Below are positions 51,643 through 61,142 of a stretch of DNA of 64,000 bases, piece after piece. The DNA lies in the NCBI GenBank assembly GCA_001871415.1, contig MNWW01000058.1, forward strand, positions 62,001 through 126,000. Reading direction: 5' to 3'. The DNA is from Candidatus Woesearchaeota archaeon CG1_02_57_44 (GTDB taxonomy: Archaea > Nanobdellota > Nanobdellia > Woesearchaeales > CG1-02-57-44). Under the pieces are notes generated by a model that was given only the letters and a program-made list of their open reading frames with translations, made no database searches and was not told the DNA's origin. Each line of letters opens with the position of its first letter. The stretch's first letter is position 1. The translations under genes and the position numbers were made by a program.

Positions 51643-52320
51643 TTAGTCAGTGGCGGTTGTTGGACGCTTACCTGCTCTTGCCCACAGCGCCAGCATCGCA
51701 AGGTATGCCGCGGTGATGCTGACGGCCTGCCAGACCTGGCTGCTGGCTACTTGCTGCCCGATGAACGGGCGCGCCAGCACAGAGATGCAGAACGCCGCTA
51801 TCAGGCTCATGCCTGCCATGCGCTCCTGCTTCGCGAAACGCGGCAGCTCCGCCAGCGCGCACAGCATCAATCCCCAGGGGATGAGGTTCTCAAGCACTAT
51901 GAGCAGGGTCGTCGTCAGCTCCGCGTGGCCTCCCAGAGACTGTATGAGCGCGATGAAGCTGCCCCAGGCGAAGGCAGTATTCGTCGGGGTGGGTGCTGGG
52001 TTGAAGAGCATGATCGCTGCCGCGATGCCCACCAACAGCCAGGCAGGCTTTCGCAGCTTCTCTTTGCGTGTGAGCAGCAAGACTGCTCCGATGGTCAGCA
52101 GCGTTAGGTGCAGCAGCACCCATGCGAGATATGCGAACACCTCTTTACTCTGCAGGCTGCCGATGATGAGTCTGTGCTTGAGCGCCAAGGTCACGAAGAC
52201 GAACAGGATCGTCGCCTTGGCTCTGAGCGACCAAGACGAGTGCGTGTCTGCATGGTCCTGCTTCGCTGCCCTGCTCGCAGGTTTCGCTTTCCCTCTTTGC
52301 TCTTTGCTGCTCTTGTCCAT
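51643..52320 (-). CDS. multi-pass membrane protein
   Basis: About six TMs; start at ATG 52320 after TATAAA and GGGGGT SD. Confidence 0.65.
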   Translation of the reverse strand: MDKSSKEQRGKAKPASRAAKQDHADTHSSWSLRAKATILFVFVTLALKHRLIIGSLQSKEVFAYLAWVLLHLTLLTIGAVLLLTRKEKLRKPAWLLVGIAAAIMLFNPAPTPTNTAFAWGSFIALIQSLGGHAELTTTLLIVLENLIPWGLMLCALAELPRFAKQERMAGMSLIAAFCISVLARPFIGQQVASSQVWQAVSITAAYLAMLALWARAGKRPTTATD

Positions 52321-52415
52321 GATACGATACCCCCTTGGCGATGATGGGCGGCGTGGTTTATATGGGTTTGTATGGCTTCCAAGGGGTGATGCCGTGTCTG
52401 CTTGATCCCCTATCA

Positions 52416-53831
52416 TCACCTCGCCTCCCAGTGCGCCACCCTCGTCGTGCCGTGCAGACCATCCTGCAAGGAGAGGAGGGCGTCTCTGACGACATCAGGG
52501 CTGATATCGCAATACTGCCGCACGAAGAGGTCGCTGAGCAGGATATAATCGATATTGTCTTCGCTGAGCAGGTCAGTGCCTGTCATCTGTCCGTATCGCT
52601 CCACGATTGAGGGGTTCTGCATCGCCTGCTTGAAATATGCTGAGCCGGGAAGGACCTTGAGCATGTTGATGCTCATGTCATCGACGTTTGGCATGGTGGC
52701 CAGCTGCTCGATGAGCGCTACATTCCTCTGCAATGATCCTGCGCTCTCTCCCGGGATGCCCAGCACGAAGGATGGCATGACCGTGATGCCCTGCTCTCCC
52801 AGCAGTGCCACTTCCTCGACCAGCTTGTCGATGGTATAGGAACTTGCGTATCTTCCTTGCATATGGTCATTAGTCTGCCTGCTCTCAGCGAAGTAGCGCA
52901 CGTTCTCCACGCCCATGAAGATGTTGACGAACCCTGCTCCTTTGAGCCTGCGCGCCAGGGTCTCGCCGTTCACCATGCCTGGGTGCAGGTAGCCTCGCAG
53001 TCTTGTGCCGCTCAGGTGATCCGGCCTCGTGGCGATGATGCCCTCGAGCGCCTGCACCGGGAAGATGTCAGCTGTCTCGAAGACATAGTCGATGCCATAG
53101 TCTCGGTCCAACGCATCTATCTGCTCCCAGAATCTTTCTGGGCTCACATGGCGCCTTCCATTCACCGGGATACTGCAGTAGTCGCAGCGGTTCGTCCTGA
53201 AACATCCGCGAGCGGTGCTGACGGGAAAGGCACTGTGCGCCGCTGCGTCTTCACCGAGCCGCTGCCAGGTATAACCCCCCACTAGCTGCTTTGGTGTCAT
53301 GGGCGGGATTTCTTGCAGGTCCAGAGAATAATCCGGGGTGTTCTGGGTGATGGTTCCATCGCCCGCGCGATACGCGAGGCCAGGTATCTGCCCAAGGGGC
53401 GCGTGCTGCAGAAGCATCTGCAGGGCCTTCTCGCCATCGCCTTCAACGACATAGTCTGCTCCAGGTTGATTGCGCAGAATCCTTTCGGACATCCCGCTTG
53501 TGTTGGGGCCTCCTATGATAATCCCGGCATGCGGGTTGGTCTTCCTGACCTTCTCCACCAAACGCATTCCATCTCCGTGGCTGCTGAACCAGACGCTGAT
53601 CCCTACATACGCTGCCTCTCTGGCCGCCTCCAGCATGGCGTCTTCACCATACCTTGGGCCATTGGCGTCGTAGACAGGGATGCTCTGGCCGGTCCTGCCC
53701 TCGATGTAGCTCGCGAGCGTGAGCAATCCTGTGGGCGGGATGTATCGCTGGTTGAGTGCCTGGCCGAGGGTGTGGCGAGGGTTGATGAGCAGGGCACGGG
53801 ATGGCGCGCCTGCTTCGGGTCTGGCCTGCAT
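52416..53831 (-). CDS. B12-binding-domain radical SAM protein
   Basis: PPTGLLTLASY, IIGGPN, EGDGE; RGC-x5-C-x2-C; GVE, GIPGE, PGS. Confidence 0.9.
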   Translation of the reverse strand: MQARPEAGAPSRALLINPRHTLGQALNQRYIPPTGLLTLASYIEGRTGQSIPVYDANGPRYGEDAMLEAAREAAYVGISVWFSSHGDGMRLVEKVRKTNPHAGIIIGGPNTSGMSERILRNQPGADYVVEGDGEKALQMLLQHAPLGQIPGLAYRAGDGTITQNTPDYSLDLQEIPPMTPKQLVGGYTWQRLGEDAAAHSAFPVSTARGCFRTNRCDYCSIPVNGRRHVSPERFWEQIDALDRDYGIDYVFETADIFPVQALEGIIATRPDHLSGTRLRGYLHPGMVNGETLARRLKGAGFVNIFMGVENVRYFAESRQTNDHMQGRYASSYTIDKLVEEVALLGEQGITVMPSFVLGIPGESAGSLQRNVALIEQLATMPNVDDMSINMLKVLPGSAYFKQAMQNPSIVERYGQMTGTDLLSEDNIDYILLSDLFVRQYCDISPDVVRDALLSLQDGLHGTTRVAHWEAR

Positions 53832-53832
53832 C

Positions 53833-54573
53833 CTACTCGCCCTCGACCTTGCTTGTGCGCTGGCCCCTCTTTATCTCATAGATGCTGAAGTCGCCTCGCT
53901 GCAGGCCTTCGGCAGAATCGATGCGCTCCTGCTTGCTGACATGATAGCCGAACCGTTCTGCATGAGCCGCTGGATCGTTCTTCGGCCCTGCGAAATGAAA
54001 ATAGGGCATGACGATGACACCACGGGGCTCCAGATGGTCCTTCGCATCGACCAAGAACCTGTTGATGAGGTCGGTGCCGCCCAGCATGGAGGCGCCAAGA
54101 CCCTTGGGGTCTTGACCCATTGCCTCGGGACGTTCAGGGAAGAACGGGTGATTGAATACGATGCATTCATAGCGTGTGTTTGGCAATGTGTCGAACAGGT
54201 CGCTCTCGTAGCAGGCCACCCTGTCCTGCAGGCCGGACAATCGGGCGTTGTATCCTGCATCGGCCACTGCCAGCGGGTTGATGTCGGCGAGGTCGACATC
54301 AGCCGCCCCGAGCATCGCCATGAGCAGGCCTTGGGTGCCCGGGCCGCAGCCCATATCAAGGCATCGTCTGCCCGCGAAGAGGTTCTGGTTCGCATGCAGG
54401 TATCGGGCCAGCAGGATGCCTGAGCTCATGATGTCAGAGCCGAACACGCCATTGCTGATGCGCAGGGGCAGCTGCAGATGCTCGCTCACAGGAACGTTGT
54501 AGGTTCCGGTCGGCCTATCGTGGCGTGCTATCTGCCCTAGGACCTGCGCTGCCTGCTCCTGTGTCAAGGTCAT
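53833..54573 (-). CDS. class I SAM methyltransferase (HemK/MTS-like)
   Basis: LDMGCGPG, DINP, SDLF, FNHPF; GGAGGTGA SD. Confidence 0.88.
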   Translation of the reverse strand: MTLTQEQAAQVLGQIARHDRPTGTYNVPVSEHLQLPLRISNGVFGSDIMSSGILLARYLHANQNLFAGRRCLDMGCGPGTQGLLMAMLGAADVDLADINPLAVADAGYNARLSGLQDRVACYESDLFDTLPNTRYECIVFNHPFFPERPEAMGQDPKGLGASMLGGTDLINRFLVDAKDHLEPRGVIVMPYFHFAGPKNDPAAHAERFGYHVSKQERIDSAEGLQRGDFSIYEIKRGQRTSKVEGE

Positions 54574-54814
54574 GTGCTCATCACCTCCATTGTTCTGAGC
54601 AATTTGTTGTTACTATGTGGTGAAATGACCGTGGGAGATATTAATTATATCTTTACCCTTGGGGGTCGTAGTTTATGTCTATCCTGGCCACTATTGCTTC
54701 TTGGCCGTCCATTTGGCTCATTCTGTGTGGGGGGCGGGGAAAAATAGTGAAAATACTGTCCCCTTTGGGGGTCTGATAGGAAGTTTTTTATGCAGCAATG
54801 CCTTGGATATCCTT

Positions 54815-55561
54815 GTGGAACCACGAATCCTTCAGGACATCGGCCTGACCGATGGAGAGGCGCGCGTGTATCTCGCGCTGCTCGCTTTGGGGGAATCAAA
54901 GACAGGACCGCTCGCCAAAGAGGCACGAGTCTCATCATCCAAGGTGTACAAGATCCTGGACCGCCTCATGGTCAAGGGACTCACTGGCTTTGTCACCAAA
55001 GGAAAGACAAAATATTTCTCAGCAGTGGACCCCCAGCGGCTGCGCGAGTTCGTGGCGCGTCAGGAACAAGAGCTTGAGCGCAGGCGGACTGTGGTGGAGC
55101 GGCTCATCCCTGAGCTGGAGACGGCGCAGAATCTTGCCCGCAAACCAGATGCGGTGGTGTACGATGGATTCAAGGCAACCACGAACTTCTTTCGCAGCCT
55201 GCTCGAGGAGCTCGGCAATGGTGATGAGTATCGCGTGCTCGGCGGCAACTATGGCACGACACAGGGGCTTCGGCCATTCTTTCAGAACTATCATCGGCAA
55301 CGTGCGGCAAAGGGCATCAAGGTGCGGATGCTCGCCAACCATGGGGTGCTCGGCAACATCGAATCCACCACCCTGCAGCAGGCTGAGGTGCGCTATCTGC
55401 CGGAACGCTTCGTGTCGAGCATGCAGGTCACCTTCTATGGCAGCAAGGCGTTCATCACCTTCTGGACCAGATCTCCGACGGGATTTCTCATCAATGACCC
55501 TGAGGCAGTCAGCAGCTTCGGCTCGTACTTTGATGCGTTGTGGCTGATGGGCGAGAAGTGA
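54815..55561 (+). CDS. TrmB family transcriptional regulator
   Basis: GTG start EPRILQDIGLTDGEARVYLALL; paralog of 48131-48856. Confidence 0.9.
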   Translation: MEPRILQDIGLTDGEARVYLALLALGESKTGPLAKEARVSSSKVYKILDRLMVKGLTGFVTKGKTKYFSAVDPQRLREFVARQEQELERRRTVVERLIPELETAQNLARKPDAVVYDGFKATTNFFRSLLEELGNGDEYRVLGGNYGTTQGLRPFFQNYHRQRAAKGIKVRMLANHGVLGNIESTTLQQAEVRYLPERFVSSMQVTFYGSKAFITFWTRSPTGFLINDPEAVSSFGSYFDALWLMGEK

Positions 55562-55587
55562 TGTATCCTTTTGATTATTTTTAATTA

Positions 55588-55827
55588 TTAAAATCTGATT
55601 GGTTCTTGCGCATGATCTCCTGGCGCCATTTCTTGGCACCAGGAGCGCCAATACTTTTGCCGGGGTATTCGCTCGCAGGTGAGATTAACGACCCTGCGAT
55701 CCATGGACCCTCGCATGGTTATGACGTCGACATGGTCGCTCACTGGCATGCGCCAGCGCAGATGACCTCTCCGAACCTGCAGCGTGGAGAACTCTTCCTC
55801 TATGCGTTGCGCGAGCGTTGAACTCAT
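55588..55827 (-). CDS. small hypothetical protein
   Basis: 79-aa ATG ORF downstream of ilvE; no motif. Confidence 0.35.
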   Translation of the reverse strand: MSSTLAQRIEEEFSTLQVRRGHLRWRMPVSDHVDVITMRGSMDRRVVNLTCERIPRQKYWRSWCQEMAPGDHAQEPIRF

Positions 55828-55903
55828 GCTGTGGGGGCTGCGGTCGGCGCTCTCACCTACGCTGCTTGGGTGTCGCTTACAAGGTTGGTTGGCCTGAGGG
55901 AAT

Positions 55904-56818
55904 CTACCTTACGGGCGCAAGCCATGTCGCGTGCTCCGCGTCCTCGCCCGCGATGACCTTGCTGAAGGCTGCCTGCAGTTGCTTGGTCACCGGGCCGGGC
56001 TTGCCGGTCCCGATGGTCCTGCCATCGACCTCGCGAACAGGAGTCAATTCTGCCGCAGTCCCTGTCAGGAACATCTCATCAGCGAGATACACATCGTCGC
56101 GGGTCAGGCGCGCCTCTGCGGTCGGTATGCCATGCTCCTTTGCCAGGACCATGACCGATTGGCGCGTGATGCCAGGCAAAAAGCTCGTGAACACAGGCGT
56201 TGTCAATATGCCATCGCGTACGATGAAGATATTCTCACCCGACCCCTCCGCAACATAGCCGTCCACGTCGAGCACCATGGCCTCATCATATCCGTTGCTC
56301 ACGGCTTCGTGCTTGGCGAGCACGCTGTTGACATAGGCGCCGCAGACCTTCGCGCGGGTCATATTGATGTTGACGTGATGTCGCGTGAAGCTGGAGGTCT
56401 TGACGCGGATGCCATTGGCGACGCCATCTTCGCCAAGATATGTTCCCCATTCCCATGCGGCTATGGCGACGTTGACCGTGCAGCCGACCGGGTTCAGGCC
56501 CATCTGTCCGTAGCCAAGATATATGATTGGTCTGATGTAGGCGGAGGGTAATTTATTCTTGGTGATGATGTCCCTGCATGCCTGTGTTATCATTTCTTTG
56601 CTGAACGGTACCTTGATCCCAAGGATGTGCGCTGAGCCGAAGAGTCTATCGACGTGCTCCTTGAGGCGAAAGACAGCTGGGCCCTGCTTTGTCGCATAGC
56701 AGCGGATGCCCTCAAAGACGCCGGTGCCATAATGGAGCGCGTGGGTGAGCACATGCACCTGCGCGTCCTTCCATGCGACAAGCTCGCCGTCCATCCAGAT
56801 GAACTTGGATTCCTTCAT
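55904..56818 (-). CDS. ilvE: branched-chain amino acid aminotransferase
   Basis: [40 protein letters not shown]. Confidence 0.96.
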   Translation of the reverse strand: MKESKFIWMDGELVAWKDAQVHVLTHALHYGTGVFEGIRCYATKQGPAVFRLKEHVDRLFGSAHILGIKVPFSKEMITQACRDIITKNKLPSAYIRPIIYLGYGQMGLNPVGCTVNVAIAAWEWGTYLGEDGVANGIRVKTSSFTRHHVNINMTRAKVCGAYVNSVLAKHEAVSNGYDEAMVLDVDGYVAEGSGENIFIVRDGILTTPVFTSFLPGITRQSVMVLAKEHGIPTAEARLTRDDVYLADEMFLTGTAAELTPVREVDGRTIGTGKPGPVTKQLQAAFSKVIAGEDAEHATWLAPVR

Positions 56819-56898
56819 GGGGCGAGGTGAGCAGGATGATGATTATAAATGTTTGGCGGGCGTGAAAACCTCCCGGATGGGTCTTCTTCAGCATAACC

Positions 56899-56906
56899 TT
56901 TAAATA
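56899..56906 (+). promoter_or_regulatory. TATA box of the leu/ilv operon
   Basis: TTTAAATA ending 24 nt before the uORF ATG at 56930. Confidence 0.7.
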
Positions 56907-56929
56907 TCGCCTCCCATTCTTTGTTGCAC

Positions 56930-57004
56930 ATGCACGACAACCATTCCATCACGGGCTCTGCCATTATCGGTAAGAGCGTCCTTCTGCTCGTGCTAGTCCT
57001 ATAG
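56930..57004 (+). CDS. putative leu/ilv operon leader peptide (24 aa)
   Basis: MHDNHSITGSAIIGKSVLLLVLVL; last eight codons GTC CTT CTG CTC GTG CTA GTC CTA; followed by hairpin GCCCGGG-CAAT-CCTGGGC. Confidence 0.75.
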   Translation: MHDNHSITGSAIIGKSVLLLVLVL

Positions 57005-57057
57005 CCCGGGCAATCCTGGGCCAGTGCATTGTCTTGAACCTTACAGGGGGTACTACC

Positions 57058-58617
57058 ATGAATACGGTAAGAATCTTTGACACAACACTTCGGGACGGAG
57101 AGCAGACACCGGGCGTCTCATTCACGCTGCAGGAGAAGCTTATGATAGCGAAGCAGCTTGAGCGCCTCGGCGTCGATATCATCGAGGCAGGTTTTCCCAT
57201 CGCGAGCAAGGGGAGCTTTGATGCTGTCCATCTCATAGCCAAGGAAGTCCGCAAGCCGGTCATCTGCGGGCTCGCGAGGACGGTCGACAAGGATATCAAG
57301 GCTGCGGCCGAGGCGCTCAAGGGCGCTGAGCGCGCAAGGATACACACATTCATCGCGACCAGCGACATTCATCGCGACCACAAGCTCAAGAAGACCAAGG
57401 AGCAGGTGGCGCAGATGGCGCGCGACGCGGTCAAGCTTGCCCGGACGTTCACGGATGATGTGGAGTTCTCGCCTGAGGACGCCAGCCGGACAGACCTCGA
57501 CTATATGTGCGCGGTGGTCGAGGAAGCGGTCGCGGCGGGTGCCACGACCATCAACATCCCTGACACGGTCGGCTACGCACAGCCGCAGGAATATGAAGAG
57601 CGCATCCGCTATGTCCAGGAGAAGGTGCCCAACATCAAGGGACTTGCCATCAGCACGCACTGCCACGACGACCTTGGCCTGAGCGTCGCCAATTCGCTCG
57701 CCGCGGTCAAGGCAGGGGCGACGCAGGTGGAATGCACCATCAATGGCATCGGCGAGCGCGCTGGCAACACGTCCATGGAAGAGGTGGTGATGGCCATCAG
57801 GATGCGCGGGGCATACTACAGCGCCACGACCAACATCAACACCCGCGAGCTGTTTCGCACCAGCCAGATGGTCGCGCGCTTCAGCGGCATCACGCCACAG
57901 CGCAACAAGGCCATCGTGGGCGCGAACGCGTTCGCGCACCAGGCTGGCATCCACCAGCACGGGGTCATCAGCAACAAGCGCACCTATGAGATCATGGACG
58001 CCGAAGACGTCGGCTGGGAAGGAGAGAACCTTGTCATCGGAAAGCTCTCGGGCAAGCACGCCATCAAGGAGGCACTGACCGAAGCGGGTTTTGAGCTCAC
58101 GGAGGATCAGCTGCTCAGCGTCACGGAGAAGGTCAAGGACCTTGGCGATAAGCAGAAGAGCATCCATCGCGATGATGTGGTCGCTATCGCCATCGATGTC
58201 CTGTCCGCCCTGAGCCCGAAGGAGGATCGCATCAAGCTTGATGAGCTCAGTGTCTTCACGGGCAATCGGGTCACGCCGAGCAGCACGGTCGGTGTCAGCA
58301 TCGACGGCCAGCGTCACATCGGCTCTGCCACCGGCGTCGGTCCGGTGGATGCTGCCGCAAAAGCCTTAAAGAGCGTCATCGGCCCGGGCTTTTTGCTCAA
58401 GGAATACAACCTGAAGGCCATCACGGGCGGTACCGATGCGCTGGCGAATGTGGCCATCAAGATGGAGGATGAGGAGCATAATGTCTTCACCTCCGAGGCG
58501 GTCGATGAAGATGTCATCATGGCGAGCGTGAAAGCAATGATCAAGGGCGCCAACAAGGCGTACCACTTCAAGACACAGCAGGATTTGCGACAAGGTGAGC
58601 GACATGAAAGGAAGTGA
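57058..58617 (+). CDS. leuA: 2-isopropylmalate synthase
   Basis: DTTLRDGEQ, PDTVG, HCHDD, GIGERAGN, GIHQHG, regulatory domain GVGPVDA; AGGGGGT SD. Confidence 0.95.
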   Translation: MNTVRIFDTTLRDGEQTPGVSFTLQEKLMIAKQLERLGVDIIEAGFPIASKGSFDAVHLIAKEVRKPVICGLARTVDKDIKAAAEALKGAERARIHTFIATSDIHRDHKLKKTKEQVAQMARDAVKLARTFTDDVEFSPEDASRTDLDYMCAVVEEAVAAGATTINIPDTVGYAQPQEYEERIRYVQEKVPNIKGLAISTHCHDDLGLSVANSLAAVKAGATQVECTINGIGERAGNTSMEEVVMAIRMRGAYYSATTNINTRELFRTSQMVARFSGITPQRNKAIVGANAFAHQAGIHQHGVISNKRTYEIMDAEDVGWEGENLVIGKLSGKHAIKEALTEAGFELTEDQLLSVTEKVKDLGDKQKSIHRDDVVAIAIDVLSALSPKEDRIKLDELSVFTGNRVTPSSTVGVSIDGQRHIGSATGVGPVDAAAKALKSVIGPGFLLKEYNLKAITGGTDALANVAIKMEDEEHNVFTSEAVDEDVIMASVKAMIKGANKAYHFKTQQDLRQGERHERK

Positions 58618-60334
58618 GGTCATCGTCAAGTGCCTGCAGCAGCAGGGCGTGCAGGACATCTTCGGCATCACCGGAGGCGCGGTCATACCGCTCTATGATG
58701 CCCTCTACGACCATCAAGATACCATCCGCAACATCATCTGCCGTCATGAGCAGGGGGCGGCGCACATGGCGGCCGGCTTCGCGCGCGCCAGCGGCAAGCC
58801 CGGTGTGTGCGTCGGCACGTCAGGGCCCGGAGGCAGCAACATGATTACGGGCATCATGGACGCGTTCATGGACTCGACGCCGATGGTCGCGATGGCGGGG
58901 CAGGTGCCGGTCTCTTTCATCGGCAAGGACGCGTTTCAGGAGACGGACATGATAGGGCTCACCATGCCCATCACCAAGCATAACTTCCAGGTCCGGGATC
59001 CTGAGAAGCTTGCTGAGACACTGGTCAAGGCATTCAAGCTGTCCACAGAAGGGAGGCCGGGGCCCATCTACATCGACCTTCCCAAGGACGTGCAGAACGC
59101 CACGGTCAAGGGTAGCATCCCAAAGGATGTCACCATCCCATCGTATCGGCCGCGTGTCAAGCCAAACCTGTACCAGATCAAGAAAGCCGTGACCGCGTTG
59201 CTCAAGGCAGAGCGCCCGCTCATCATCGCGGGCGGCGGATGCATCATCGCGGGCGCCAAGGACGCGCTCGCAGCGTTCGTCAATGCCTCGCACATCCCAG
59301 TCAATACCACGACCATGGGAAAAGGCATCTTCAATGAGGCGCATCCGCTGGCGCTCGGTGTCATGGGCATGCATGGCACAGAGGAAGCCAACTACGCAGC
59401 GGTCCACACGGATTGCATGCTTGCCATCGGTTGTCGGTTCTCTGATCGCATCACGGGCGATACCAGCTTGTTCGCGCAGGGCGCTATTGTCATCCACGCG
59501 GACATCGACCCCAGCGAGATAGGCAAGAACGTGCGCGTCGACATCCCGGTTGTGGGGGACGCGGCAGAGACCATCAAGCTGCTCACGCAGGTCTTCCTTG
59601 AGGAGAAAGGCAAGGATAAACACAAAGGCTCCGCATGGGTCAAGGCGCTCGAAGAGCTTCGCCAGATAGGCGAGAGCCATAAGGCGCGCGATGTCAAGGG
59701 CATGACGCAATCAAACATGATAACGCAGCTGGGCAGGTTCCTCAAGCAGGAGGATATCGTCACCACGGGCGTCGGCCAGCATCAGATGTTCGGAGAGCAC
59801 TACCTGCGGCGCACCCTGCCGCGCACCTGGATAACTTCGGGCGGCGCGGGCACTATGGGCTACGGCCTGCCAGCGGCGATCGGCGCCAAAGTGGCGGTTC
59901 CTGACCGGGAGGTCTATGACCTTGATGGTGATGGCAGTTTCCAGATGACCAGCCAGGAACTCGCGACTGCCAAGCAGTTCGGCATCAAGGTGACGCCGGT
60001 CCTCATGAACAACCAGTACCTTGGCATGGTCAAGCAGTGGCTCGACCTGTTCCAGGAGAGGCGGCATTCAGGCATCCACTTCAGCGTTAACCCTGACTTC
60101 GTCAAGCTGGCTGAGGCGTATCATCTGTCCGGCATCTCTGTCACACGGGAATCAGAGCTGGTCCCCGCGCTGCAGCAGGCGCGCAAGGCCGATGAGACCG
60201 TGCTTATCGATGTGCACGTCGACCCGGAGGATAATATCTTCCCCATGCTGCCGCCTGGCAAAGGGCTGCAGCACATCATCGGCGGCAAGGCCTACTTCAC
60301 CAAGACCTGGGACGAGGTCCGGCAGGGCAAGTAG
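58595..60334 (+). CDS. ilvB: acetolactate synthase large subunit
   Basis: RHEQGA, TSGPG, DAFQE, GTMGYGLP, GDGSFQM, NNQYLGMV. Confidence 0.96.
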   Translation: MSDMKGSEVIVKCLQQQGVQDIFGITGGAVIPLYDALYDHQDTIRNIICRHEQGAAHMAAGFARASGKPGVCVGTSGPGGSNMITGIMDAFMDSTPMVAMAGQVPVSFIGKDAFQETDMIGLTMPITKHNFQVRDPEKLAETLVKAFKLSTEGRPGPIYIDLPKDVQNATVKGSIPKDVTIPSYRPRVKPNLYQIKKAVTALLKAERPLIIAGGGCIIAGAKDALAAFVNASHIPVNTTTMGKGIFNEAHPLALGVMGMHGTEEANYAAVHTDCMLAIGCRFSDRITGDTSLFAQGAIVIHADIDPSEIGKNVRVDIPVVGDAAETIKLLTQVFLEEKGKDKHKGSAWVKALEELRQIGESHKARDVKGMTQSNMITQLGRFLKQEDIVTTGVGQHQMFGEHYLRRTLPRTWITSGGAGTMGYGLPAAIGAKVAVPDREVYDLDGDGSFQMTSQELATAKQFGIKVTPVLMNNQYLGMVKQWLDLFQERRHSGIHFSVNPDFVKLAEAYHLSGISVTRESELVPALQQARKADETVLIDVHVDPEDNIFPMLPPGKGLQHIIGGKAYFTKTWDEVRQGK

Positions 60335-60512
60335 CAACCACCCTGCAGCACATACGGTGCCCCTGGTGGAACGTCGGGACTGGCAGAAGAATCCCTTCGC
60401 AGCGGGGCAAGGGCGCAGGGCGACGCGTTGCGGAAATGCGTCCGACAATACCATAAACAATAAAACAGGATTCAATCCCACAACACGAATCCCACAGCAC
60501 GAGGCGATACCT

Positions 60513-61142
60513 ATGTACAGCGACAAGAAAGAATGGCACCCATCACACAGGCATGTCATCAGCCTGATGGTGGTCGATGAGCCAGGAGTGCTCACCCGCA
60601 TCAGCAACATGTTCTTCAAGCGCAACTTCAACATCGACACTCTGACCGTCAGTCCCAGCATCATCAATGGGCAAAGCCGCATCACGCTGAGCTTCTTTGG
60701 CGACGATTCAGTCTATGAGCAGCTCATCAAGCAGCTCAACAAGCTCATCGACGTCATCAAGGTATCAGACTTGCCCAAGGGCGATACGGTCATCAGGGAT
60801 TTGTGCCTGGTGCGCGTCACGGCCAAGGACGCGGCCACGCAGAACCAGCTCATCAACTACTGCCGCTTCTATCGCGCGCGCATCGTCGATGCCACGCATG
60901 ATGATCTCATGGTCGAGATGGTGGGCAAGCCCGAGAAGATAGACGCGTTCCTCGAGCTTGTAGGGCCCTTGGGCATCAAGGAGGTATCGCGCACAGGCGT
61001 CACGGCGCTCGCCCGCGGCAATGGGGTGAAAGGCAATGGGATGAGGGGGAATGGCGTGAAGGGCAACGGCAGCGTGAGCGGCGCCTCCACGAGCGCGGGC
61101 AGCAAGACCGCAGGCTCTCCTGATGGAGGGGATGTGCGATGA
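60513..61142 (+). CDS. ilvN: acetolactate synthase small subunit
   Basis: [27 protein letters not shown]; GNGxx-repeat tail. Confidence 0.93.
   Translation: MYSDKKEWHPSHRHVISLMVVDEPGVLTRISNMFFKRNFNIDTLTVSPSIINGQSRITLSFFGDDSVYEQLIKQLNKLIDVIKVSDLPKGDTVIRDLCLVRVTAKDAATQNQLINYCRFYRARIVDATHDDLMVEMVGKPEKIDAFLELVGPLGIKEVSRTGVTALARGNGVKGNGMRGNGVKGNGSVSGASTSAGSKTAGSPDGGDVR

Noticed and set aside
57004..57035. Classic intrinsic terminator after the leader peptide
   Set aside because: The hairpin is present but has no following U-tract
60021..60512. Long N-terminal extension of IlvN in the ORF track
   Set aside because: Overlaps ilvB out of frame; homology and a GAGG SD support ATG 60513
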